From: Dimorphilus gyrociliatus
Lineage: Eukaryota; Animalia; Annelida
DNA: 64,000 nt
NCBI GenBank assembly: GCA_904063045.1
Contig: CAJFCJ010000019.1
Coordinates: 3,354,684-3,418,683, forward strand
Direction: 5' to 3'
The translations under genes were made by a program, and so were the position numbers. Within the stretch, counting starts at the first letter, position 1. Each line of letters starts with the position of its first letter. The notes under the pieces were generated by a model. It did no database searches and was not told the DNA's origin. It was given only the letters and a program-made list of their open reading frames with translations. Below are positions 1 through 10,695 of this stretch, piece after piece.

Positions 1-1899
1 CTAAATGATAAGAAAAATATGATTTTTTAGCCATTTGTTAAATCATATAAATTAATTAACGCACCTGCTAAGGCTACAAATCTCATAAATTTTAATAATT
101 CTAAAATGTATGTTCTGTAGGTGGATCCATTCCAATTTGGTAGAAATTCCAGTAGAAACTCAACGCAAACGGGAAAAAGTTCCTACAAAAGGAATGATTA
201 ATAAAATATCTCGTGGAATTTTTATTAAAGAAATAATACCAATAAATATGAGGTAAATTCGGTAACATGCTTTAATAAAATGCCGTGTTCTCTAATCTCA
301 TCATCAGGACTTTGTACGATAACTATAATAATCGGAATAGAGTAATATTTAGTGGTCTGAATCTTTTTCGTTACCATCCAGTAAAGCTTCTTTAAGCCAG
401 AAAGAAATTCGAGAAGGTATACTAGGATCGGGATGAACGGATAGAACGTAGTAAAAATGTTCTTGTTGCAACAGAGAAGCCATTTGACAAGGTAGCTATG
501 TAATGGTTCCAATATAAAAAACCATGAATTATTATATAGTATGATAGGAATTCACCTCTATGTCTAGGAAGTGTCTCGTGTTTAGGAGATCATCTAAATT
601 TTTTATATCAATTACTGATCTAACTTCATTCTTGCTCACACGTTCCTCAACGTATCTGGACTGTTTTTGTGGCATTTGTAGAGATGGTAATGTCATAATT
701 TTGGCTTTCTTCTTAATCTAAAGTTTCAGAAATATCGTATTTATTGCAAATATTCAATAGCTGAAAGGAAATAAAGAGTTACTGGAGATAAGATATTGTC
801 AACAGCATTCAGTGGAGTATTCTTGTCACTTCTTAAATTCTCATTTTTATGTTGAATAGACAGAAAATCGTTTCGCCATCTTTTGTTAGTCAAATTGAAG
901 AAAGCCTTAGCAAAGGTATAGTTGATTAAAATATCATTTATAAAATTGATAAATATACCTTTCGACCGGTTTTTAAAGAAATGGTTATCATTGATGGCTT
1001 GTAGAGTTTATAAATTGAAAGTAAACCTATTAATCCTGGTTCATTGCCCTATTAAGAAAACTTGTAATTACTAATTGAAATAAGAGGACAACTAGAATAA
1101 TTACTGCTCGTTTACGAATTTTTAGAAGCTCTTGAATTCTGTAATAAGTAACATCCTTCCTTCGTGTCAGCCTATATAATATCTGGCATAGTTTGGCTCT
1201 CTGAAATACAAAATACATTTATATAGATGATTATAGTTTAAGATTGTCTTACCAATGGATCACAGCCAACGGAATTAAAGACAACTTCATATAATCTATG
1301 AACGGGTGACATATCATCAACAGCATTAAATACTATAACGATCCAGGTTACTAGCTTTTTCTAGAATAGATACGAATAAAGTAGATAACAATTTTGTTTA
1401 TAATAATTCAAACCTTAATAATCATTGGTACAGTATTTATAGTCAAAGTTCCAATAGCGTGAACTATTGTTGAGCTCTGTACGTAATTGGCAGGGAGACA
1501 AGAGCGCAAAAGTTTTCCAATGACTGATGTTTCTGTACGAAAAGTTTTTCTCGAGTAAAATTTTAAGTAATATCATCAATATATTTTACTTACGCCATCT
1601 ATTTAATGACACAATGCAGATTATGGAATGAATTAAATCAGGTGAGAGACCATGCGAAAGACCATAATTTGTTACAGTTTTTAAATGTCGCTCATATTCC
1701 AAAGACTTTGATAAATTACTAAAAGCATATGATTTAGATTCTTGCTTAGCCTTGACGGAAGCTGTCATCAGTTTAATTAATTTTAGACACCTTTTATCAC
1801 AATTAAAATATTTTTATTACTTTCATAAAAATATCTCACTCCCTCCGAGCATGCAATAAAGTCAGGCTCTTCAACTCTATCTTGGCTAATTTCAGTCAT
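1..1899 (-). CDS. CENPI: Centromere protein I (Mis6 family), multi-exon, 3' part runs off the window
   Basis: Spliced translation gives ...GVRYFYE...YERHLKTVTNYGLSHGL..., LCQILYRLTRRKDVTYYRIQELL and LDIELPCQMASLLQQEHFYYVLSVHPDPSIPSRISFWL. These match remembered CENP-I blocks (HLKTVENVAWKNGL; VCHLLYLLTKKENVKPFRVRKLL; LELPSQMMSVL...RFYYWL). The ATG at 1899 is inferred. Confidence 0.85.
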
Positions 1900-2294
1900 A
1901 TTCAAAGCTTAAGTGAAAATTCCGAATATCACCAGTTACTGCATTTATAAATCAAATGAACAATCTGAATATTGAGAAATGCTAAAATCAAACAAATATA
2001 TATATATACACTGAATATGCTTTCAGATAATAAAAAAAGCAAAGTTTCTAATGAAATGAAACGTAAACAATCACATCCAGTCTGGTAACAAGGAAACTAT
2101 ATTCTTATTATACAAAAATCCGTCCGATTATTCTCACCTTGGAAGATGCAGTAAAAATTTAATAAATCCTTTAAAGAAAATCACGTTAAAAAAGGTATTA
2201 TTAGCAGATGAAATCGAGTAAACTCTACCAAAATATTTCCCAATTTTACCGCGTAATATTTCAAAACCAACACGACTTCCGGCTCCGTTAGGAA

Positions 2295-2342
2295 ATCGAT
2301 TTCAATCGATTTAATCGAATATATACAAAAGAGCATATCGAT
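2295..2342. promoter_or_regulatory. Cluster of ATCGAT palindromes (DRE-like) about 400 bp upstream of CENP-I
   Basis: ATCGAT at 2295, 2305 and 2337, plus ATCGAA at 2314, within 50 bp. Confidence 0.35.
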
Positions 2343-2874
2343 TCTTTCAAATAAGAGGAATACCCTTATTATTATTATTATTATTAAATAATAATTAAAG
2401 AAACACTTAAATATTATTGAAGGTTCTCAAATAACAATTTTATTATATTGTATTCTGTGTTTAAATTTAAGTACTCAACACTAAAAATAATTAATTTATT
2501 GCTATAAAAGTATTCAAACGAAAACATCATATAAAAAAAACTTTCACAATATGTTCGTAGAAGAAAATAATCTAAAATTTATATTGTTAATTTATTATCA
2601 AAATTCATTTAAAACATAGAAATGTCTTATATAACTCTCAGCATTTAACAATAGATCGATTTTATCCGGATAGCTCGCTAGTAAATATAATACTTCAGTT
2701 GCGTATTACATTTCAATACTTTTTAAATAAGACAACTAATTATATTATTTCTGTTCTGTATACATTTATATATATTGTTGATTTATTATCTTGTACGAAG
2801 ATAATTTGATTAATTCCAATTTTATATTCTATGATCGGTGGTAATTTTGAAAAGAAATTCAAGCTAAAGAAAGC

Positions 2875-5347
2875 TTACGGCGTCTTTGCCTCTTCGGCGT
2901 TTGAATAGATTTGTTCCTTTTTCTGTGCTAAACGTTGGCGTAGTTCGTCGTGAAAAGTTAAACCGTTTGCAGTAGCTACGTTCATTCGATTTTGAATTGA
3001 ATTTGAAGCTTGATCAGCTTTAGTCGTAGGCGTACTGTTTTTACCCAAAACAGGATGACCATCCGGCAGGGGAGGAGGAGGGTCATTTGTATTATTCACC
3101 TTCGAAGTTTGTCGAAGATTCCTGCTTGCTTCCCCAACTATAGATTATTAGAAGAAAACTATTAGTTTCGAGCAGATAATAAAACAAAATTCAACTAACT
3201 AAGTTGGGAAAAATCAGATTTCGGCGAAGCTGATACCTCATCTCTACCTCGTGTTGGTGCTATAATAATCATTCTTATCATTTTTCATTTCGTATTCATT
3301 AGTCAAAGCAAACTTACTCGATTCTTTGTTATCTAATATAGGACGATTATTAGCTTCTAAATATTCGGTATCAGCATCGGAACTTCTACGCCAATTTTCG
3401 GATGGGTCAATAGGATCTTCAAATCCACTATCAGTTGGACTAAATCGTTTATGTCTGCCTTCTTCTTTTAAGAAGCCAATTTCTTTTAGGTTATTTGTTG
3501 TCATGGCAGAGATATCTCGGCCAATAATTTTAACAAAAAAATTCATTACGTCACTCAGGCACGCCATTTCGTCGTGAGGATTTTCAACATTTAATTTATA
3601 GCCGTCTCCGTGAGGCTTAACTTCATAGTGATTGAGTTGTGTTCCACTAAAGTTATTTATAGAATAAAACGTTAGAAATAAAGCATTTGTAGTGTGTATC
3701 ATAACTTACTCTTTCTTATCTCTTCTAACAGATATTACGTAGCTCCTAGAGCTTTTGAAAGTTACACTTTCCCTCATAAGTACATTACCAAATCTCTTTC
3801 CCAACATTAAAATAGCTTCGGCATCGTCCCTTGAACAGCCTTCGAAAAACCAACTAAAAAGAGATTAAGTACTTAAAAAGAAAATCTTCGTTAAGCCTTC
3901 AAATGCAAATTTTAAGCTACATTTAATGTTTAAAAAAATTTAATAACTACAAGTCAATGAATACAGCATATATTACAACTACATGCAAAAAAAGAAAAAG
4001 AAAAATAAAGAAAGAAATGTGAGCTTACCTTGGAACAGTTTGATTTCTTTCGACTCTATAGAATTTATGCGCATGCATCGTCTGAAAAAAGAGTGTTTAG
4101 TGAATGAACAACGCTATAGCATTCTCTTTGTAGTCCTATTATAAGAATATAGAATTGTTTAATAATATTTCCTATTTTTTTTCTACGCTCGTGCCTTATC
4201 GATGTAACTTCGTTGCCAATTACTTAAAAAGAGCACGAAAAATAAAAGCCAATTGATATTCTTAAATGTTACTATAAAAAAAAGAAAAATCAAACTTTTG
4301 CTTTTTGTTGAAATTGTGGAATTGGAGTTCCGTATTGACGAGAGAATTCTTCGTACGTTCCTCCTAAACTTCTCATTGGTACAGATACATTAATACCTAA
4401 TTCTCGGGAAGAATTCGGCCGTCTTCGGAAAGCTTCGGTTCTATGTTGACGTCTACCCGTTGGGTCATCGTGATTTTCTTTATTGCCGTCATAATTAATT
4501 CTTAAGTTTGAGGTTGCACCGACAGTTTTTCGCCAAACGTGAGATTGTATCATTGGTTCACTTTGTCGTTTTCTCATGTTTTGCCGTGAATGCGCCCCCG
4601 CATAATCTTCATCATCATCCTCCCTATCATGTCTAGGTGAGTGCTTTATTCCCGAAACGAAAGGCGCAATAGTTCTTCGAATGTTTGAAATCTTGTCAAA
4701 AGTAAGACGAATATCTTGTGGTACATCACCCTATTGTTCAATTTTATATGACGAACGTTATAATAAAAAAAAAACTATTCAGTTCGCTTTCTCTCTTTTG
4801 CCCTACCTTACTTAACCCATATATAAAACCTCTCCAAGTTTCACCGAGTACTTCATTATCGAACTGTTTTTATTTGTAGAACATATTATTTTTTTTATTT
4901 TACTGACACTTCTCAGTTAATATGTTACCTTAAATTTATTAATTTTTTTCGTTCCATTATGAGCTATCGTTACTAATTCAAACTTATACTTTTTATGCTT
5001 GTCTACCGAAACATTTCGTACTTCAGATTGTAAATTTACAGTAAGCGTTCCCTTATGCTGCTTGTAAGTAAATTAATCAATTTTTTTATCATATAGAACA
5101 TCTGTTTACGAATTTCTGCACATACTGCTTCATAATCTCGGAAACCGTTGCCACTGTCAAAAACGAATATGACATTCCCTCTTAATACCAACCAATAGTT
5201 TTTCCAATCCTTTTTAAAGATAAAGTTATTTAAAAGCGCTTAGTTAAAAAAAAAACTGTTGAAAAGGCAATAAAATACCTTGCTACTAGGCGTTTTATGT
5301 TGTGCGTATGATTCCAAATATTTAGGTAGCGATGATAAATCTGACAT
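2875..5347 (-). CDS. STAP-like adaptor: PH domain + SH2 domain + Pro-rich tail, multi-exon
   Basis: Spliced: MSDLSSLPKYLESYAQHKTPSSK|DWKNYWLVLRGNVIFVFD...|DNEVLGETWRGFIYGLSK|GDVPQDIRL... (STAP1 PH: [24 protein letters not shown]). SH2 region WFFEGCSRDDAEAILMLGKRFGNVLMRES...NHYEVKPHGDGYKLNVENP...DVMNFFV. C-terminal PPPPLP. Confidence 0.8.
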
Positions 5348-5918
5348 GCTTGGTAGTGAGTGGCGAGTTTAATACCACTTTAAATTTTCTCGATGCGAAT
5401 CAACAAGATTTCTTGTTTCCATTAATTGTCTCGGGGGCAAGCCGTGTGGCTATTATACAAGTTTCCACCTGATTCGTGTGGCTCCCGTTCCACTTGATTG
5501 GATTTAAAAATGTCGGTAGAAGGCGCATCGTTCTTCAATAAATAATATTGATCTGTACTTGAAAGACGTTATTGTTAAGTGGAACTCCTATTAATATGGC
5601 AAAGTAAACAGATATATTTTATTATCTCATTTATATCAAATTCCAGTAGTACAGAAATTTTAATAATATAGAAAGAGATTTTCGCCTTTAATACTACTCT
5701 GAAGAATTATTCTAAATCAATAGCTCTAGCCGCCTCTTTTTCAAATTCGTTTCTACTCACAATCTAGTCTTGAAGTGTCCTGACCGAAACACTCGGGCCG
5801 CAATCGCATATAATTCTAATAATTTTCCTAATTAAATAAACTTACGAAGACTTCAAAACGGCTTTCCTAATTAAACTATCTAGAAGTCAAACTAGTTAGC
5901 ATAAACTCAGCTTTCACC

Positions 5919-6483
5919 ATGTTGAATAAGCATGGTATTTATTTGTGTGAGTGATAATGTAATGAAATTTTTGCAGACATTTTTCTTTCTTCTGGATATC
6001 AACTTTTAAGTCGTAATTTTCGAAAAATGGCAACTGAAAATGCTGGTCCTATTCAAATAATTATGGAAAAGAAATTAAAGGATTTCTTTTTACCATCTCA
6101 CTTGGAAGTAATAAACGAAAGTTATATGCATAACGTTCCCAAAGGCAGTGAATCACATTTCAAGGTTGTTGTAGTATCCGAAAAGTTTAACGCAATACCT
6201 TTAATCAAAGTACGTCTATAACTTATTTTATTCGTCATATATTTGTAAGTAATTTATACTACTAAAGCGGCACAGACTTGTTCATGAGGCTATAGATGAA
6301 GAAATCAAGGACGCCATTCATGCACTAACTATCGTTGTAAGCAAACTAATTTTATAAAAACAACATTATTCTGTTCTATTTATTCCTATTATCCTTTCAC
6401 AGGCCAAAACTCCAAATCAATGGGAAAGTTCAGGGCAAAAAGTCGATCCATCTCCGCGTTGCTTAGGAGGCTCTAAAAATTGA
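5919..6483 (+). CDS. BOLA1: BolA-like protein 1 with mitochondrial-type presequence (exons 5919-5934, 5977-6209, 6268-6336, 6403-6483)
   Basis: [26 protein letters not shown]...RHRLVH...IHALTIVAKTPNQW...SPRCLGG is the BolA1 signature. An upstream CACCATG exon splices in frame through a 42-nt intron to give [23 protein letters not shown]. Confidence 0.93.
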
Positions 6484-6765
6484 TATACTTCTGTATGATA
6501 TCGTATTACAGATAGAGGGGAAGTTAAAGTTCTAAAGTTCAATATGAAAACGTATTATGACGAACTATTTTACAAGCCAAACTTTAACGAAATATATATA
6601 ACCACGCCAATTTGATAGTTTGATTCTTTTTGAATATACAATATATTGTATAGTAAGTAAAATCACTTCCGAATTAAAACATAAAACTCATTAGACAGAG
6701 AAACGATCGAACGCCACGAATGGATTAATGAATACATTGTTTCCTGGTATTGAATTGGAGAATTT

Positions 6766-9132
6766 CTATGGAAACTGTTCTAGGTGCTTTAGGTTTTCGC
6801 GTATTAGATTTTCAACTATTCCTATTTGTAAAAAAGAAAACATGATTAGTAATATGTTGTGTATTGATCTTAAATTTGAATATTTATTCTTACGATTGGC
6901 GTTTATTAGATGATTATCTTTCAGAAGGTATGACAATACTTCAATACTACCTCCATGCATTTCCATCCATTTTTCGAAAGCTTGCCTCAGCCTTTGAGGA
7001 ACCGATTTCGTTTGCTTTAGCTTATCTTCAAAATCAGAAGTTAATTGTAATTGTTCAACAATTTTCTCCCAATTGGACTGAACAGAGCTGTCAAAGGTTA
7101 TACAATGAACTGCCTTTTGTAATAGGGAACGTTCACGCGCACGCCTATCGTCTTCTTTGTACGTCTGAAAATTCTCTGATAGTTGTTCTGTAGCCAATTA
7201 ATTGAAATAATTTAATTAAAGTGACTAAGCATTTAAAGAATTTAGTTTCAACAACCTGCCAACAGAATGTAGCCGTTATCTTGCAAGGCCTCGTACAATT
7301 GTTTACAGCCGGATTGTAGAAGAGTAGTCTGTTTAAACCACTGTTGAAGAGCTTTAAAACTCTTTTCCCGATGTGTACAATGTTCTAAGTTTATGGCGTT
7401 GATTCGAGCATCTGATAAATTTAAACTGGTAGCAATTGATCTCCATTTCAAAGCTGTTTCGTCAGAAATTTGTCTCAAATACTCTGACGTAAGAAAGCCT
7501 TTTTGCCTTATTTGAAAATCTACTTTATGGCAAGGAACGGTTCTGATATTATGCTGATGGACGGAAAATACAGCATTACAATTTTTCAATAATTAATAAC
7601 ATTGAGTCTTACTTTGGGAAGTTCAACTTTAACGTCGCAATGCGATTGATTTTCGCTTAGCAATTCAATTGTTCCATAGTAGTTTGGTCGACCTCTTTGT
7701 GCATACTTTTCATCAACTTTTAATTGACCTTCCATGCGCATAGTCTTCGATTGAAGAAATCTAAAAGGTTGGATTTCTTCAACTAATCGAACGTTCCCTT
7801 TAGACTTTAACTGTAATCTTTGTCCTTCCTTTAGACAAACCTCAATGGTCGAAGGCTCGTGAAAGCTAATAGTATATCCCCTTTCTTCCATTTTCACTAT
7901 TTCGTTATCTGTCTTTAGAAGTAATATTAATGAAATACTATCTCAATTCTACTAAATTAATAAATAAAAACCTCCTTTAAATTACAGCAAACAATAGCGA
8001 TATCTTCTGGATCATCTTCATGTTGCCTTATTAATATGTTAGCCAATTTTCTTCTTGTATTGAAGAGTTCTAAATTTCTCGCAACATTTCCAATATCAGT
8101 GTTAGACGTTCCATTTAATGTTTCAAAGAGGAAGATCTTCTTTATATTATGTTCAATGGGAAAAGTCACAATATCGTTATTAATTTCATATCTTATGTCA
8201 TCTCTTAAATGATAATTGTTTTTACTAGTCTTAGTTACTATTGATAGATTTTTACTTATTCTATTATCCACGCGAATGTTATTCGATTTTAGCTTCTTCG
8301 ATTGAAATGTTCCGGGTAAAGGCATACTTAAGATCATCGGTAGCTTTATAGTTGACGGTAAATTAAGATTGATCAAAGATGATGTATGACAAAGACTTTC
8401 AGACGATTTAAAATATTTTTTTATTTGGTTTATCATTTGTGGATTGTTTGGTAAAGGTTGCATTTCCACCTTTTCAATTTTTTCTTCACAGGCATCTTTT
8501 GGTATTTTCAAGGTAATTCTATTGTCGAGATAAGAAACTAAAGCTAACGCTTTGTTGCCTTTGACAAACGCACTCTCTACTCTTGATTTGTTTACTACGC
8601 ATAATTTTACAGATTTCATAAGAGTTTTCATACGACAATGGAAGAGTGGAATTTGTCCCGAATTAGATTCAAGAAAATCGAGTAATTTTGAATCTTTCAA
8701 TGGATAATAATCCTTCCATTCACCATTGGCTAGCACTCTAAGAACAATCTCTCTGGAGGATTTTTTACGATATCGTTGATGTGGAAATGATATAACAATA
8801 GGAAGCTCAAAATCTAAATTGTTGTCTCTCTTGTTTTCTATGCTGATAAGGTTACTAATAACATCAGCATTATCGTTGAACGGATTTTCTGCCAAAGTTT
8901 CGGATAGATTTTCAATAAGAGTACACTTTAATTCATGCTTGGCTAAATCATTTCTCATAGCTCTGATATAGCATCCAATTCCTGATTCAGTTAAATCCCC
9001 ATCGAGCTGGATGGAGTATCGATATAAGGGCCAATGCCGTGGATTTTTTATCCGTTTTAATTTCTTTTCATCTACTACATAGTTACTTTCCTCTTCTGAA
9101 TTTCCATCTTCAGTACTAGTTTTCTTTTCCAT
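6766..9132 (-). CDS. DTHD1-like ZU5-ZU5-UPA protein with two tandem death domains
   Basis: ORF 7957-9132 has ZU5-like segments (FELPIVISFPH; RITLKIPKDAC...LPMILSMPLP). ORF 7586-7897 is UPA-like (TIEVCLKEGQRLQLKSKGNV). ORFs 7248-7589 (YLRQISDETALKWRSIATSLNLS...KALQQW) and 6766-7197 (NWEKIVEQLQL...QAFEKW) are death-domain-like. Confidence 0.7.
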
Positions 9133-9599
9133 AATAACTTTTCCGTTAAAAGTTATGCGAGGCGTTAAAAAGGCGATTTATAAATATTAAATAATCTTTG
9201 AAAATATTTTGCAAAGTTATGAAATTTTGGTTTCTTTGTTTTTTGTTGAAAATCTAAGAAAATTCATATAAAAAATCTGATACAGAAAGATTATCATTAT
9301 TAAACGAGCTTACCAATGAGATAAACTTGAATGTTTTTTCCTTTTTAATTTCCCTGGATAATGTTTTAGGTGGTGAATGTCTTTTAATAAATAAATAATA
9401 TCCTTTAAAAGGATTGGAACTATCCTTTTCCTCAGGTAAATTCAAAAAAGCAAATGGCTTATGATCATCTAGCAACGTCGATGCATCAGTAAATACACTA
9501 TCAAATTGTTTTACTGTTATATCATTAGCTATCGATATTTTAATGGCTTGGATTAGGCGGTTGTAAACTATGATAGAGTTCTATGTTACTTTGCTTTTG

Positions 9600-9613
9600 G
9601 TTGCCATGTTGAC
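9600..9613. promoter_or_regulatory. X-box (RFX)-like motif upstream of the DTHD1-like gene
   Basis: GTTGCCATGTTGAC, with one perfect GTTGCCATG half of the RFX palindrome GTTGCCATGGCAAC. Confidence 0.5.
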
Positions 9614-9834
9614 ACTCGATCTATCTAGGTACAGAGATTGCATAGATAATTAACGCGCAGTTTTATCTATAGATAGTCTAATAATATTGGTTGACAGAGT
9701 CTCGTTTAAAGTTAATTCCAATAGTTTAAATTGTTCAATCATTTATCCAGAGTTTAAAAATTGCTGAATTTTGCATTTTCCTTTAAAGTATTTACGATTT
9801 CGACAAAGTATTTATTTAAAAGTTCTTATTAAAT

Positions 9835-9860
9835 TCTCTCTCTCTCTCTCTCTCTCTCTC
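9835..9860. repeat. (TC)n microsatellite
   Basis: About 13 TC units. Confidence 0.95.
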
Positions 9861-10542
9861 TTTGTTCAATCATCTCAATAAAAAAGAGGATATATTATAA
9901 ATAGTTAATTGTAAAAATCCTTAAAAAACTGATTTATTTCATAATTGATTCCGTAATTTTCTCTATTTACTACTATAAATATCAGAATTGATTCACATAA
10001 TAGTTTTTAATTGCCTGTATTAAAAACTTAAAAGTTAAACTATTTGTCTCTCTACTTGGACGAATGAAACAAAGCATGAATTAAAATATATAAATCACAA
10101 GAAATCGTGATGTTTAAAATAAATACAGTGATATAATTCAGGTGATATAATAAAGATACTTTAAAAAACTCAGGATATCTAAGATTATTAATAATTCTAT
10201 AAATTTGAATAATACTCTTATCTTTTAAATAAGAGAAATATGTTTTAAAAAGCGAATAACAAATATGATAATGTTATTAGGCCTTTTTATTCTCTCCTTT
10301 AATTGAAAAATATAAACACAAAAGAACACAGAAACAGCATTCAAGTGAAGGCTGAGAATAGAATTTTAAAGAAATTAATTAAGATATTCTAATAAAATAT
10401 TTAAATATTTATTGATCGAAATAAAAAAACATGAATATTAATGAAAAATTTATAATTTAAAACAAAGTTTTGAATATTTCTAACTGTAAGCTTTCGTAAA
10501 ACAATTATACGAGTAACGAAATTGGAATGTATTCCGCCATTT

Positions 10543-10555
10543 GTCGCCTAGCAAC
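10543..10555. promoter_or_regulatory. X-box (RFX) motif upstream of the orphan coiled-coil gene
   Basis: GTCGCCTAGCAAC fits GTNRCC(N0-3)RGYAAC and lies about 140 bp upstream of ATG 10696. Confidence 0.65.
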
Positions 10556-10695
10556 AGCGTAAGCGCAAGCCGATAAAATTGATCAATTAGCAGATAGTAT
10601 GTTCAGGAGCTGAATGATTCACTTTAAAATGACTTATTGATCATATTGCGGGGAGTCACAAATTCTTGAACGATCATTTCAGTGAGATTGTTAGA

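Noticed and set aside
5774-5797. CTGA..GAAAC with flanking stems, hammerhead-like
   Set aside because: It lacks the CUGANGA core and stem II, so it is not a valid ribozyme.
6766-9132. PIDD1 orthologue
   Set aside because: No LRRs and no HF|S autoproteolysis motifs noticed. DTHD1-like fits better.
9254-9578. Minus-strand open frame upstream of the DTHD1-like gene, preceded by MATKSKVT*
   Set aside because: No in-frame ATG after the TAG. Its strong donor (TTG|GTAAGC) is phase 0, while the only acceptor before ATG 9132 is phase 1. The ATGGCAAC is part of the X-box. Most likely a 5' UTR exon.
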